Positions 47,989 through 58,914 of a stretch of 64,000 nt of DNA are shown piece by piece; the first letter of the stretch is position 1; each line of letters opens with the position of its first letter. Origin of the DNA: an uncultured Candidatus Saccharibacteria bacterium. GTDB lineage: Bacteria > Patescibacteriota > Minisyncoccia > Phycocordibacterales > UBA9973. The stretch lies in assembly GCA_964468315.1 (NCBI GenBank), contig CAYXTA010000002.1, forward strand, positions 319 to 64,318, read 5' to 3'. The translations under genes and the position numbers were made by a program. Below the pieces are notes generated by a model. It was not told the origin of the DNA. It made no database searches and saw nothing but the letters and a program-made list of their open reading frames with translations.

Positions 47989-49054
47989 TTTTTTCTCGAG
48001 AGAATACTTTTTCTTTCTCTATATCATTCGTAAATTCCATAATAGCGACAGCGACAGGAACAGCAAGTACTATACCCCAAATTCCTCCAAGTTCATAACC
48101 AACCAAAACTGCGAGAATAACAACAAGCGGAGAAAGACCTGTAACTCTTTTTACAATAAGAGGTGTAAATAAATAAACTTCAAATTGATGAATTATAAGA
48201 TAAGCACCGAGCACCATAAGCATATTTGAAAATCCTCCAGAAAGATAACCGAATGACAAAGCTGGTACCATCGCGACGATCATACCGTAAGGTACAAGTT
48301 CCATAAAACCAGTAAGAATTGCTAGCAATAAAGCATATTGTATTCCTATAAGTGAAAGTACAAGATAAATAAGAACTGCAACAAGCAAACCAAGAAGCAT
48401 CTGCCCTTTTATCCAAAGAGCGATCTTTCTACGAACTCTCTGCCATAAATCAATAGCGTATTCTTCATTTTTCTGAGGAAGAACAATACGCAAGAAACTT
48501 TCAATACCATTTTCTTGGATTGAAAGATAAAAAGAAATTATAATAATCATTCCCACGTTAAAGAATGAACCGAATGCAGCTGAAAGTGTTTGGAAAAGTC
48601 CTCCGGAAAGATTTGTGATAAATGCTTTTGAAGTTGCTAGAAGTGCATCAATTGAGAAATTACTTGATAAAGTATTTACAATATCTTTTGCTCCAGAGAA
48701 AGCTTGATTATTGAAATAATCTAAGAAGTTTATATCAGGGAAATATGAAGAAAGAAATGATGAGAAATTATAAACTTCTGTTATAAGTATCGGAGCAAAA
48801 AGATAAAACATTCCTGCTAGAAATGAAAGCGAAATTGCATAAATTATTACTACTCCTAAAACTCTACCAATACGCAATCTTCCCATTCTGTTTACCGCAG
48901 ATTCTACGAATGAAGCTATAACAATAGCAGTCATTATTATCAAAACTAAATCGCGCAAATACCAAGCCAAAAAAACTCCAAGTCCGAGCAAAATTGCACG
49001 GAACATCGTACCTGTACTTATTGAAATAGTTGTATGTTTATGTAAATCAGACAT
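47975..49054 (-). CDS. AI-2E family (UPF0118/PerM-like) membrane transporter.
   Basis: 359 aa with about 8 TM helices and the family pattern ('LTGFMELVPYGM', 'VPVAVAI'). Confidence 0.7.
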   Translation of the reverse strand: MSDLHKHTTISISTGTMFRAILLGLGVFLAWYLRDLVLIIMTAIVIASFVESAVNRMGRLRIGRVLGVVIIYAISLSFLAGMFYLFAPILITEVYNFSSFLSSYFPDINFLDYFNNQAFSGAKDIVNTLSSNFSIDALLATSKAFITNLSGGLFQTLSAAFGSFFNVGMIIIISFYLSIQENGIESFLRIVLPQKNEEYAIDLWQRVRRKIALWIKGQMLLGLLVAVLIYLVLSLIGIQYALLLAILTGFMELVPYGMIVAMVPALSFGYLSGGFSNMLMVLGAYLIIHQFEVYLFTPLIVKRVTGLSPLVVILAVLVGYELGGIWGIVLAVPVAVAIMEFTNDIEKEKVFSREKNETK

Positions 49055-49078
49055 ACGAATATTATAGCATTAAAAGTA

Positions 49079-50347
49079 TTAAATTTTCAAAAGAGGCATG
49101 AATTCTTCTTTTTTTGAAAATGGACCGATAAGAGCTAGATTGAGTTTATTTTCTTGAAATACAAAACGTGCCATATCACGGACTTGTTTTGTTGTAACTG
49201 CTTTTATTTTCTTTATTTTCTCTTCTGGACTTTCTATTTTTCCAACCATTACTTCCTGTCCTCCATAAAAATTTGCAATATCATCTGTCGCTTCCAAGCC
49301 CATTTTCATTCCAGACATAAACATTTCTTTTACTTTTACTAATTCTTTTTCACTAATAAATTCATCTTTTAATTTCTCACATTCTTTCAAAATAGCTGTG
49401 ATTACTTCTTTGACTCTTTTATTGTCTACACCGGAAGAAATTTGAAATACTCCGTGGTCAGTATATGGGTCGGTGTTTGCACGCACATAATAACAAACAC
49501 CCATTTCTTCACGAAGTTTATGGAAAAGTCTTGAACTCATCCCCGCTCCAAGTACTCCTGCAAGTACAGAAAGTATTGTACTTTTTTTATCAAAAACATT
49601 TAATGAACGAAAACCAAGCACGAAATGTGTTTGGTCTGTCACTTTGTGTTTTATCAAAGCTTGCGGAGCAGATTGCTTTTCAATTGTTTTTATTTTTCCA
49701 TTTTTTTTGTCATTTTTCAAACTTCCAAAAGCTTTCTTTACTTCATTCATCATATCTTTTTCTTTTACTCCTCCTGCAATAATGACAGTCGTTGCTTTTG
49801 GCACGTATTGTTCTTTTTTATATTTTACAAAATCATCACGCTTCATTTTTTTAATATTTTCTATTGGTCCTGCAATACTCCAACCCGCTGGTTGGTCGCC
49901 ATACATAACTTCCATTATCAGATCTTGAACGTGACGCATTGGCTGGTCTTCGTACATATTTATCTCTTCAATGATTACGCCTTTTTCTTTTTGCATTTCT
50001 GCTTCAGGAAAAGTTGAGTTTAAATAAATATCACTTACAACATCAAAAATATTTTTGAAATGTTTTGTATCACTCTTTGCATAATAACCTGTATATTCTT
50101 GGCCAGTAAATGCATTGTATTGCGCGCCCATTGTGTCTAGTTCTGTTGAAATGTCTCTTGAAGTTGGTCTTTTTATTGTTCCCTTAAAACACATATGTTC
50201 CAAAAAGTGTGATAAACCATTTATCTCTTTTGTCTCGTATTTACTACCTGTTTCAACCAACACCAAAGCAGTCACAGTCGGTGACTCTTTCATTGGTACA
50301 GTAATTACCCTTAACCCATTTTTTAAGATTATCTTTTTAGCTTTCAT
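49079..50347 (-). CDS. M16-family zinc peptidase (pitrilysin-like).
   Basis: 422 aa. The inverted zinc motif HxxEH reads 'GLSHFLEHMCFKGT', with a downstream Glu. Confidence 0.8.
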   Translation of the reverse strand: MKAKKIILKNGLRVITVPMKESPTVTALVLVETGSKYETKEINGLSHFLEHMCFKGTIKRPTSRDISTELDTMGAQYNAFTGQEYTGYYAKSDTKHFKNIFDVVSDIYLNSTFPEAEMQKEKGVIIEEINMYEDQPMRHVQDLIMEVMYGDQPAGWSIAGPIENIKKMKRDDFVKYKKEQYVPKATTVIIAGGVKEKDMMNEVKKAFGSLKNDKKNGKIKTIEKQSAPQALIKHKVTDQTHFVLGFRSLNVFDKKSTILSVLAGVLGAGMSSRLFHKLREEMGVCYYVRANTDPYTDHGVFQISSGVDNKRVKEVITAILKECEKLKDEFISEKELVKVKEMFMSGMKMGLEATDDIANFYGGQEVMVGKIESPEEKIKKIKAVTTKQVRDMARFVFQENKLNLALIGPFSKKEEFMPLLKI

Positions 50348-51657
50348 TAATCTAATCTTTCTTTTATAAATTTAGACAAATCACTTACTTTCACTCTCTC
50401 TTGAGTTCCAGTATCACGGTCACGGATAGTTACTGAGTCATCAGTAAGAGTGTCGAAGTCTATGACAATACACCAAGGTGTACCAATTTCATCTTGTCTT
50501 CGGTAACGCTTACCGATATTACCATTGTCATCATAAGCGATTCTTCCAAATTCTGCTTTGAGTGGTGCGAAGACTTTCATTTCTGCATATTCTACAAGTT
50601 CCGGTTTATTTTTCAAAAGTGGAGAAACACAAGCAAGTATCGGTGCCATTTTTGGTTTGAATTTCAAGAATACACGAGTTTCTTCTCCTGAATTATCTTC
50701 TGTATAAGCAGAAAGGAATAAAGCAAGAAATGCACGATCCACACCAAATGAAGGCTCGATAACATGTGGGGTTATTTTCTCACCTGCTTCTTCATCTACG
50801 TATTCAAGTTTGTGATTCGTCAAATCAAAATTACCACGATATGCCAAACCAAAAAGTTCTTTCTTTCCGAAAGGGTAATCAAACTCGAAATCTACAGTTC
50901 TCTTTGAATAATGAGCGAGGTCTTCTGGTGATACTTCAAGTTCATGAACTTTGCTCATATCGATACCAATATCTTCCATCCATTCATTCATTTGATCTTT
51001 GAAATATTCAAAATATTTTTGCCAGTCAGTCTCACGCACAAAATATTCTATCTCCATCTGTTCAAATTCTCGACAACGGAAAATAAAATCACGAGGAGTT
51101 ATTTCATTTCTGAATGCTTTACCTATCTGTGCCATACCAAAAGGAAGTTTCGGGTGGTACGCATCAACAGTATTTTTGAAATTAGAAAATATACCTTGTG
51201 CTGTTTCAGGACGAAGGTATACAGTAGAAGAAGAATCTTCCATCGCACCTATCTGTGTTGAAAACATCATATTGAATTGTTTTGGATCAGAAAGTTTTCC
51301 ATTGCACTCTGGGCAAATTTCTTGAAAGTTTGGATCGAGTTGATCTGCACGAAATCTTCTTTTACATTTACTACATTCAACCATAGGGTCAGCGAAACCA
51401 GCGACGTGGCCAGATGCTTCCCAAACTTTACTATTCATAAGTATCGCTGCACGTATGCCGTACATATCGCGACGTGAAGAAACAAATTTTTTCCACCAAG
51501 AATTTTTTATATTATGGAGAAGTTCCCCACCCAAGTCTCCGTAGTCAAATGTTCCTGCAAGCCCACCATAAATCTCAGAACCTTGAAATATAAAACCACG
51601 TCTCTTGCAGAGACTTACAACTTTTTCCATTAATTCATTTTCTTTTTCTTTTGCCAT
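50347..51657 (-). CDS. glyQS: Glycine--tRNA ligase (class II, alpha2 type).
   Basis: 436 aa. Motif 1/2 region 'FQGSEIYGGLAGTFDYGDLGG', class II motif 3, and a C-terminal anticodon-binding domain. Confidence 0.9.
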   Translation of the reverse strand: MAKEKENELMEKVVSLCKRRGFIFQGSEIYGGLAGTFDYGDLGGELLHNIKNSWWKKFVSSRRDMYGIRAAILMNSKVWEASGHVAGFADPMVECSKCKRRFRADQLDPNFQEICPECNGKLSDPKQFNMMFSTQIGAMEDSSSTVYLRPETAQGIFSNFKNTVDAYHPKLPFGMAQIGKAFRNEITPRDFIFRCREFEQMEIEYFVRETDWQKYFEYFKDQMNEWMEDIGIDMSKVHELEVSPEDLAHYSKRTVDFEFDYPFGKKELFGLAYRGNFDLTNHKLEYVDEEAGEKITPHVIEPSFGVDRAFLALFLSAYTEDNSGEETRVFLKFKPKMAPILACVSPLLKNKPELVEYAEMKVFAPLKAEFGRIAYDDNGNIGKRYRRQDEIGTPWCIVIDFDTLTDDSVTIRDRDTGTQERVKVSDLSKFIKERLD

Positions 51658-51661
51658 ATAT

Positions 51662-53584
51662 TTATTCTACAACTTTATCTGATCCAAACGCAGGTGAAGC
51701 ATCTCCTGTAATAGCAGTATTTAAAGAGGCCTTTGTAACCCTTACACCTACATTAGCAAAATCATCCACTCCGGTCAAAATTGCTTCATTTACCAAAGTT
51801 GGTGAGGAGCCTACTTGAGACAAAGAAGGATTTATAGAAACTTGGAAATAAACTTCTTTTGAAGCACCTGTAATACCTGTACCCTTCGGTATTGTTCCTA
51901 TATTCCAAGTAACTTCTCTTTTAAATGAATCATATTTCAAATCTTCAGACATTGGTGAAGTCGGTCCGACGAATTTCACATAATTTGGTAACGTAGCAAC
52001 AATCTTTGCACCAGAAATATTATTTACTGTATTTGAAAGATTCCAAGAAATAGTATAAGTTGTTTCTTTTTCTGCTGTCGGTGGTATCGGTCCTGAGTTT
52101 GTGATAGGTCCTGAATTATAAAAAACTTTACTAGAAAAAGATGTATCTGATGCAATTTTTATTTTCTTTGATTCTGTGTCTTTTACTGTTTCGATAGCAT
52201 CATTGTCCAATGCTTGTTTTCCTGTAATAGAAATATCTATTTGTATATATGGATCAGCAACAAGTCCTGCTGAAGAGAAAAGTGAAAGTGGTGCAAATGA
52301 AAATCCAACTTGTCCACTCTCCCCTGGGTTAATTTCTGCAAAACTAGAATCAGAATTTTTATCCCAAATAATAGTATCTTCAGCAGAACTATAAAAACCA
52401 TTGGACGCAAAAATTTTCTTTCGATCATAAGCATTACCGGAAATTTTTGCACGGATCTCAACATCATTTACATTTGTTGGTAAATTATTTGCCCATTCTA
52501 TTTGTACGCCAGTATTTGTTTTTGAGTCTGTTGAATATTCTGATTTATATTCTCCATTCACCAAAAGTCTTGCTTGGATAAATGGCTTTTGCACAGCAAT
52601 AGTGTGACCAATAGAATTGAAAATAACTCCTATGACACCTTTGTCACTAGAACTTTGTTCACCAGCAAAGAAATGAAAAGTTTTATCTTCTCCATCTTCA
52701 GCTCCTGTCATATTACCTACAATCGTAATTGTTTTTTCTGCACCAGGAGACATATCGCCAAGATCCCAAACATTATTATTTATAGAAGGGCTTGGGTTTG
52801 CACTCTTAAAGGCAAAACCTATTGGGTAATCAGCTTTTACCAAAAGTCCTGAAGCAGACTTTGTAGCATTTAATGTAGCTTTTATATTGAAAGTGACATC
52901 TTGGTTTGGACTAGTCGTAACTGGTGCAACAACAGAAAGATCAATAGGAGCAGAAGAAACAGTCACAGAATAATCTTTTTCTTTTACGAAAATAGAATTA
53001 GAACCTTCGACTCTGTATTCTAAAGATATTTTGATTGGTTTAATACTACCTTGTTCACCAAACAATGTAACTTTTATATTGTCAGTGCGCACGCCTCCTG
53101 CAGGGATAGTGCCGAGTGAATCACGAAGTCTTTCAACCTCTTGTTTTAAATCAGTAGAAGATCCTTTTGGATATTCAAGAACTAAATCAGCGAGTTCAAG
53201 GGCAGTATTATTTTTATTTGTAATCTCAATCTGAAGTGGTAGTTCTTCCCCACCAGCAGTAAAACTATTTCCTAGTACAGCTATCTCGATATTATTATTT
53301 GAAACAGTATTTCCTCCAAATAAAAAGCTATAAAGAGCGAAAGCTATAGCCAACAAAAAAAACCCTATTGAAAAAATAAAGAATTTCTGGAATAACGAAG
53401 TTTTCATAAAAAATTTCTTTGTCATATTTTCTTCCACCTTATCATCTTCCCAATTTTCTTTTACATCAAAATCTTTCTTGTGAAGAACACCAAAACGTTT
53501 TCTGGTCAATGATTCATAACTCTTACTAAAGAGTCTGCTTTTCATATCTTCAAGGCGATGAAGTTTTTCTTCTTCAGGTTTCAT
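51662..53584 (-). CDS. Hypothetical membrane-anchored large surface protein.
   Basis: 640 aa with a charged cytoplasmic N-terminus, a single TM ('FFIFSIGFFLLAIAFALYSFLF'), then an extracytoplasmic Thr/Ser/Asn-rich beta-type region of about 540 aa. Confidence 0.6.
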   Translation of the reverse strand: MKPEEEKLHRLEDMKSRLFSKSYESLTRKRFGVLHKKDFDVKENWEDDKVEENMTKKFFMKTSLFQKFFIFSIGFFLLAIAFALYSFLFGGNTVSNNNIEIAVLGNSFTAGGEELPLQIEITNKNNTALELADLVLEYPKGSSTDLKQEVERLRDSLGTIPAGGVRTDNIKVTLFGEQGSIKPIKISLEYRVEGSNSIFVKEKDYSVTVSSAPIDLSVVAPVTTSPNQDVTFNIKATLNATKSASGLLVKADYPIGFAFKSANPSPSINNNVWDLGDMSPGAEKTITIVGNMTGAEDGEDKTFHFFAGEQSSSDKGVIGVIFNSIGHTIAVQKPFIQARLLVNGEYKSEYSTDSKTNTGVQIEWANNLPTNVNDVEIRAKISGNAYDRKKIFASNGFYSSAEDTIIWDKNSDSSFAEINPGESGQVGFSFAPLSLFSSAGLVADPYIQIDISITGKQALDNDAIETVKDTESKKIKIASDTSFSSKVFYNSGPITNSGPIPPTAEKETTYTISWNLSNTVNNISGAKIVATLPNYVKFVGPTSPMSEDLKYDSFKREVTWNIGTIPKGTGITGASKEVYFQVSINPSLSQVGSSPTLVNEAILTGVDDFANVGVRVTKASLNTAITGDASPAFGSDKVVE

Positions 53585-53602
53585 AAGTTATATTATAACA
53601 CA

Positions 53603-54190
53603 TTACATCTGTGTCTCATTCAATGCATCGTTAATTTGTTTTAAAATAAAATTTTTATTTGAATTCACCTCTTGTAATACTTCACTTTCCCAAGGTGAAA
53701 GAACGAGATGTCCTAATTTACTTTCACTACTAAAGTATCCAAGATGATATAAAATTCTCAAAACCAAAATCATTTCTGCATTATCTAAATCTTCTTTTTT
53801 TTCTATACTTTTTTCTAAAATAGTAATTCCACCGACAACATCTTCAAAAAGTGGAGTATTTTTTTCTTGCTCTGGTACTAATCTTTTGAGCAACCTACTG
53901 ACATTCGAAAGCATTTTTAATGCATCATGTGTTTTTGTTATTTTTTCAAAGCTATTTGTTTTAGAAGCACTTGTGATACGCCAAAATTCTTTACCTTTAA
54001 CTAAATCAACTTTTACAAAAGCAAAATCAGTAAGTACATAACGTAATTTTGAAGATATTTTTCTTACGCTTTGAGCAGAAGCATTTATAAGTCCTAAATC
54101 TTTCGTAAGAATAGAATAAAATTTATTCGCTTCTCCATAATTATACCCACCCAATATAAAACCTTCTGTATGATAAATATGATGTGCCAT
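53603..54190 (-). CDS. recO: DNA repair protein RecO, short form.
   Basis: 195 aa. The N-terminal OB-fold 'TEGFILGGYNYGEANKFYSILTKDLGLI' is RecO-like. The C-terminal Zn-binding region appears reduced. Confidence 0.55.
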   Translation of the reverse strand: MAHHIYHTEGFILGGYNYGEANKFYSILTKDLGLINASAQSVRKISSKLRYVLTDFAFVKVDLVKGKEFWRITSASKTNSFEKITKTHDALKMLSNVSRLLKRLVPEQEKNTPLFEDVVGGITILEKSIEKKEDLDNAEMILVLRILYHLGYFSSESKLGHLVLSPWESEVLQEVNSNKNFILKQINDALNETQM

Positions 54191-54249
54191 AGTTTTTTAC
54201 TAATGACTAATTATACCAAAAAATCATAGATTTATGCTATATTGTCTAT

Positions 54250-56238
54250 ATGAATTCTAAAAAAGGTATACATCATAATAAGAAAGAAAAAACAGCAGGG
54301 GGTACTATTTCTATAAACTCTAAAGGTACAGGATATGTCACTTTAGGCGAGGTAAAGAAAGATCGTAATAAAAACGAAGATGTAGAGATAGATTTCACTG
54401 ATTTAAATACTGCTTTACATGGAGACGAAGTAGAAATAAGTATCAATCCTAAAAAAATAAAAGGAAGAGTTACAGGAAAAGTTACAAAAATTATTTCTAG
54501 AGCAAAAAATGGTTTTGTTGGTATTCTAGAAAAAGAAAATGATAAGTTTTTCTTAAAACCTGATGATACTAGAATGTATACTGATATTTTGATACCGATA
54601 GAAAATTTAAACAATGCAAAAAATGGAGAAAAGATTTTCGTAGAAATAACTTCTTGGAAAGATTCATCGAAATCCCCTATTGGAAAAGTTTTGAAAGTTA
54701 TGGGTCTTCCTGGAGAAAATAATACAGAAATGTATTCTATCGCAATAGAAAGAGGTTTCGTGGCAGAATTCCCTGATAATGTAGAAAACGAAGCACATGC
54801 AATAAAAACTGCTGGTATTGGGGAGAAAGATTTTAAAGACAGACGTGATTTCAGAAATATTTTAACTTTTACAATAGACCCAGATGATGCAAAAGATTTC
54901 GACGATGCAATATCATTCAGAAAAATAAATCACAAAGATTTTGGTGATGTTTTTGAAATTGGCGTACACATAGCTGATGTTTCTCATTATTTAAAAATAG
55001 GAAGTGAAATAGATAAAGAAGCGCGCAACAGAGGAACTTCTGTGTATCTTGTGGATCGTACAATACCAATGCTTCCTGAAACTCTTTCCAACGACTTGTG
55101 TTCCCTTGTACCAAATCAAGACAGACTTTGTATGTCTGCTGTTTTTTTGATTGATAAAAATGCAAAAGTAAAAGACAAATGGTTCGGAAGAACAATAATT
55201 CATTCTAAATATCGTTTTACTTATGCTACAGCAGAAAAAGCAATTCATGAAAAAAATGAAATACTACACAAAGAACTTTCTACTTTAAATGATTTAGCGA
55301 AAAAGCTTACAAAAGAAAGATTTGCAAATGGAGCAATATCTCTCGAGCAAGAAGAAGTGAAATTTGTCTTAGATAAAAATTCAGTACCAATAAAAGTGAT
55401 TCTCAAGGAGCGTGGTGATTCAAATAAATTAATAGAAGAATTTATGCTTCTTGCAAACAGACAAGTCGCGGAAACTATCTCAACCGACGCAAAAGGTAAA
55501 AAATTAAAAATTCCACAAAGTGGTGTATTCGTCTACAGAATACACGATTTGCCAAATAAAGAAAAAATGGCTGACCTAGCAATACTTTTAAAAAGTCTCG
55601 GTTATAAAGTGAGTTTAAAAAATGGTATCATACCTTCTTTTGAATTAAATGAAATATTAAAAAAATTAGAAGGAAAAAACGAAAAAGAAACAATCCAAAA
55701 ATCTGTAATACGTTCTATGGCAAAAGCTATTTACTCTACAAAAAACATAGGCCATTACGGACTTGCATTTGAATATTATACACACTTCACTTCCCCAATA
55801 CGTAGATATCCAGATGTAATGGTACACAGACTTCTTGAAGATTATGTAAAAAATAAAAAGATAGATCAGAACAAATGGGTAGAATTTGAAAAAATTTCTA
55901 TTAAATCTTCAGAGCAAGAAAAACGTGCAGCTGATGCAGAGCGTGCTTCTATAAAATACAAACAAGTAGAATATATGAGTAAAAGAATTGGTGAAGAATT
56001 TATCGGCATCATAAGTGGAGTAACAAATTGGGGTATTTATGTAGAAGAAATGGAAACAAAATGCGAAGGACTTATACGCGTCAGTGATTTGAATGACGAT
56101 TATTATGTCTTTGATGAAAGAAAAGTAGAACTCGCAGGACAAAAAAATAAAAAGAAATACAAACTCGGAGATAAATTAAAAATAAAAGTTAAAAGTGTAG
56201 ATGCAATCAAAAAAACAATTGATTATGTTTTATTATGA
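54250..56238 (+). CDS. rnr: Ribonuclease R / RNase II family 3'-5' exoribonuclease.
   Basis: 662 aa. N-terminal cold-shock/OB region, RNB catalytic domain ('DPDDAKDFDDAISF', 'VYLVDRTIPMLPE'), and a C-terminal S1 domain. Confidence 0.85.
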   Translation: MNSKKGIHHNKKEKTAGGTISINSKGTGYVTLGEVKKDRNKNEDVEIDFTDLNTALHGDEVEISINPKKIKGRVTGKVTKIISRAKNGFVGILEKENDKFFLKPDDTRMYTDILIPIENLNNAKNGEKIFVEITSWKDSSKSPIGKVLKVMGLPGENNTEMYSIAIERGFVAEFPDNVENEAHAIKTAGIGEKDFKDRRDFRNILTFTIDPDDAKDFDDAISFRKINHKDFGDVFEIGVHIADVSHYLKIGSEIDKEARNRGTSVYLVDRTIPMLPETLSNDLCSLVPNQDRLCMSAVFLIDKNAKVKDKWFGRTIIHSKYRFTYATAEKAIHEKNEILHKELSTLNDLAKKLTKERFANGAISLEQEEVKFVLDKNSVPIKVILKERGDSNKLIEEFMLLANRQVAETISTDAKGKKLKIPQSGVFVYRIHDLPNKEKMADLAILLKSLGYKVSLKNGIIPSFELNEILKKLEGKNEKETIQKSVIRSMAKAIYSTKNIGHYGLAFEYYTHFTSPIRRYPDVMVHRLLEDYVKNKKIDQNKWVEFEKISIKSSEQEKRAADAERASIKYKQVEYMSKRIGEEFIGIISGVTNWGIYVEEMETKCEGLIRVSDLNDDYYVFDERKVELAGQKNKKKYKLGDKLKIKVKSVDAIKKTIDYVLL

Positions 56239-58142
56239 TAAAAAATATTCATCCTAAAATAAAATATATTTTTTGGGTAATATTTTCTATTACTATAGGA
56301 ATTTTTTTTGCTTTTGCTATCACAAAAACTGTTGGTTATGAAAAAATAAAAAACACAAATACTGGCAAAGAAAATATGGAAGCACAAGTAATACAAAGTG
56401 TTTCAGAAAAAAATACAGAAGATCAAAATTTTTATTTTCTTAAAAACCAAGAGAAGAAACCGAATGTAAAAGCTGAAGCTTATTTCGTAGGAGATGTTGA
56501 AAACGGAAAAATGATAATTGAGAAAAATTCAAATAACAAATTCCCTATTGCTTCTGTTTCAAAATTAATGACAGCGACTGTAGCTGAAGAGAATCTAAAC
56601 CAAGATGAAACAACTACAATAACACAAAAAGTTTTAAATACTTATGGACAAAATGGGGATTTTAAATTAAATGAAAAAATAAGATTGGGAGATTTAATTT
56701 ACCCAATGCTTTTAGAATCTAGTAACGATGCAGCAGAAGCTATCGCATCACATAACAACAGAAATTCATTTATAAAAATGATGAATGAGAAAGCTCAAAG
56801 TCTAGGACTCATATCTACTACTTTTGAAGACCCAAGTGGACTTTCCGTAAACAACCAATCCACAGCATTTGAACTTTTCAAACTTACAAAATATATCAAA
56901 GAACACAGAAAAGCTATTTTTGAAAAAACAATAAAACAAAGTTATATAACAAAAAAACACAATTGGTTTAGTACAAATCAATTCGTTAGAGAAAAAGAAT
57001 ATGAAGGTGGAAAAAGTGGTTATACTGACCCTGCAATGCAGACGGCTGTATCTACTTTCTCTATCCCTTTGGGTGAAAATGGAGTAAGACATATTGCTAT
57101 CACAGTGCTTCGTAGTCCTGATAGAAAAAAAGATGTTGAAAATATATTAACTTATCTAAAGAAAAATGTTTATTTTGGAAAAGAATCTGATGCAGACCTC
57201 GCTTGGGTAAAACAAAAAGAAAATACTGTCGAAGAATTGGAACCTGATTTCGTAAATCTCGCTTTCGTCGGAGACATAATGCTTGATCGTGGAGTCAAAA
57301 GTTCTGTGCGTAAAAACTTCGGAGGAGATTATTCAAAGCTTTTTGATAATTTAGATATTCTTAAAAAATCAGATATAGCATTTGCAAACTTAGAAGGCCC
57401 TGCTTCTGATCAGGGAAAAGACTTACGCAATCTGTATTCTTTCAGAATGGATACTTCTACAATACCAGCACTTAAGGGTGCCGGATTTGATGTCCTCTCT
57501 GTTGCTAATAACCATGTCGGTGATTGGGGTCGTACTGCTTATGCAGATACTCTTGAAAGACTTAAAGAAAATGAAATACTATATACTGGAGGAGGTATAA
57601 ATAGTGGCGAAGCAGAAAAACCAACCATTGTAGAAAAATATGGAATGAAAATAGGATACTTGGCATTCTCTGACAAAGGACCAAATGCTATGGCTGTGGA
57701 ATCAAACAAAGCAGGACTTTTACTCGCAAGCAATCCACGCTTTGATGAAATTATAAAAAATGCTTCAAGCCAAGTGGATTATCTTATCGTCTCATTCCAC
57801 TTTGGTGAAGAATATCAAAAAATACATAACGAAAGACAAACTTATCTTGCTCACAAAGCTATCGATGATGGAGCAAAAATAATAATTGGAGCGCACCCAC
57901 ATGTTATGCAAGATTTTGAAGTGTATAAAAATAGTTTCATCGCCTACTCACTCGGCAACTTTGTTTTTGATCAAAGATTTTCTGCAGATACAATGCAAGG
58001 AATGCTTCTTGAAATAAAACTTCATAAAAATGGTCTTATGGAAACAACAAAAAATATTGTTAAACTAAATTCATCTTTCCAGCCTGATCAAATAATCAAA
58101 GGCAAACCTGAAAGAGTAAAATTTCAAGAAACAAAAATATAA
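56235..58142 (+). CDS. Fusion of a D-alanyl-D-alanine carboxypeptidase (peptidase S11) with a CapA/PGA-capsule-synthesis (metallophosphatase-like) domain.
   Basis: 635 aa with an N-terminal TM. S11 motifs SxxK 'ASVSKLMTA', SxN 'LESSNDAA' and KTG-like 'GKSGYT'. The C-terminal half has CapA-family motifs ('FVGDIMLDRG', 'VANNHVGDWG', 'GAHPHVMQ', 'YSLGNFVFDQ'). Confidence 0.75.
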   Translation: MIKNIHPKIKYIFWVIFSITIGIFFAFAITKTVGYEKIKNTNTGKENMEAQVIQSVSEKNTEDQNFYFLKNQEKKPNVKAEAYFVGDVENGKMIIEKNSNNKFPIASVSKLMTATVAEENLNQDETTTITQKVLNTYGQNGDFKLNEKIRLGDLIYPMLLESSNDAAEAIASHNNRNSFIKMMNEKAQSLGLISTTFEDPSGLSVNNQSTAFELFKLTKYIKEHRKAIFEKTIKQSYITKKHNWFSTNQFVREKEYEGGKSGYTDPAMQTAVSTFSIPLGENGVRHIAITVLRSPDRKKDVENILTYLKKNVYFGKESDADLAWVKQKENTVEELEPDFVNLAFVGDIMLDRGVKSSVRKNFGGDYSKLFDNLDILKKSDIAFANLEGPASDQGKDLRNLYSFRMDTSTIPALKGAGFDVLSVANNHVGDWGRTAYADTLERLKENEILYTGGGINSGEAEKPTIVEKYGMKIGYLAFSDKGPNAMAVESNKAGLLLASNPRFDEIIKNASSQVDYLIVSFHFGEEYQKIHNERQTYLAHKAIDDGAKIIIGAHPHVMQDFEVYKNSFIAYSLGNFVFDQRFSADTMQGMLLEIKLHKNGLMETTKNIVKLNSSFQPDQIIKGKPERVKFQETKI

Positions 58143-58233
58143 AAAAATCCCCCTGCATTTTCATACAGAGGGAATTTCAATTCGCACAAAGTCCAAAGGG
58201 TCAAAAGAGACCGAAGTGAACAAAAATAAAGTA

Positions 58234-58914
58234 CTACTTGCGAACACCCGCGAACCACCAGTAGTCACCCCAGTCACCGTCATAACGGCGGACACTCAGG
58301 TCCCGCTCGTCAACATCGCGGCGGAAAACGGCATAACACCACTTTCCATCTCCATCTTTCCATTGAGTTCCGTTAGGATGCTCATCGGCAAAAGCAGGGT
58401 CAGCTTCGTTTACTGCGGCTTGTGAATACGGATCGGCAGGTTTTAATCCACGCAATGCATATTCTTTTTCCAGGTCATCCATACTTATCTGGCGTCCGAT
58501 TTTAAAGAAGATAACTTCTGTTTCTTCGGTTTCGCCTTTGGGTATTGTTTTCAGCACGCTGTCGTCCACATACTGGTTTCTGCCAGTAGCTTTCAGAGCT
58601 TCTTTGGCAGAACGGTTGCGGTTTACTTTTACAACGCGGATAATCATATTCGAGATTGCTTCAACGCGTTTGCGGATTACAGCAAATAGCTCACCTGCAA
58701 GTTCGGGGATGCCCAGAACTTGTTGTATAAGATTGCTGGGAAGCTCGGCTTTGTGCTTCTGCAATTTTGCGTTTAACAACTCTTTTAACTTACCGATTTG
58801 ACCCTCGGTAATGGGTTCTGATGGGGTTATGGTCTTTTCCATAGCGTCATAGATTTGATTTGATTGCGTCCCGCAATAGAGGGCTAGACAGTCGTAGTCA
58901 TAGCTAGGAAACAT
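58234..58914 (-). CDS. Hypothetical protein encoded in a compositionally foreign GC-rich island.
   Basis: 226 aa from the ATG at 58914 (the ORF track starts one codon earlier at a TTG). Local GC is markedly higher than the flanks. The C-terminus is Trp/Asp/Gly-rich ('WKDGDGKWCYAVFRR...YDGDWGDYWWFAG'). No family recognised. Confidence 0.55.
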   Translation of the reverse strand: MFPSYDYDCLALYCGTQSNQIYDAMEKTITPSEPITEGQIGKLKELLNAKLQKHKAELPSNLIQQVLGIPELAGELFAVIRKRVEAISNMIIRVVKVNRNRSAKEALKATGRNQYVDDSVLKTIPKGETEETEVIFFKIGRQISMDDLEKEYALRGLKPADPYSQAAVNEADPAFADEHPNGTQWKDGDGKWCYAVFRRDVDERDLSVRRYDGDWGDYWWFAGVRK

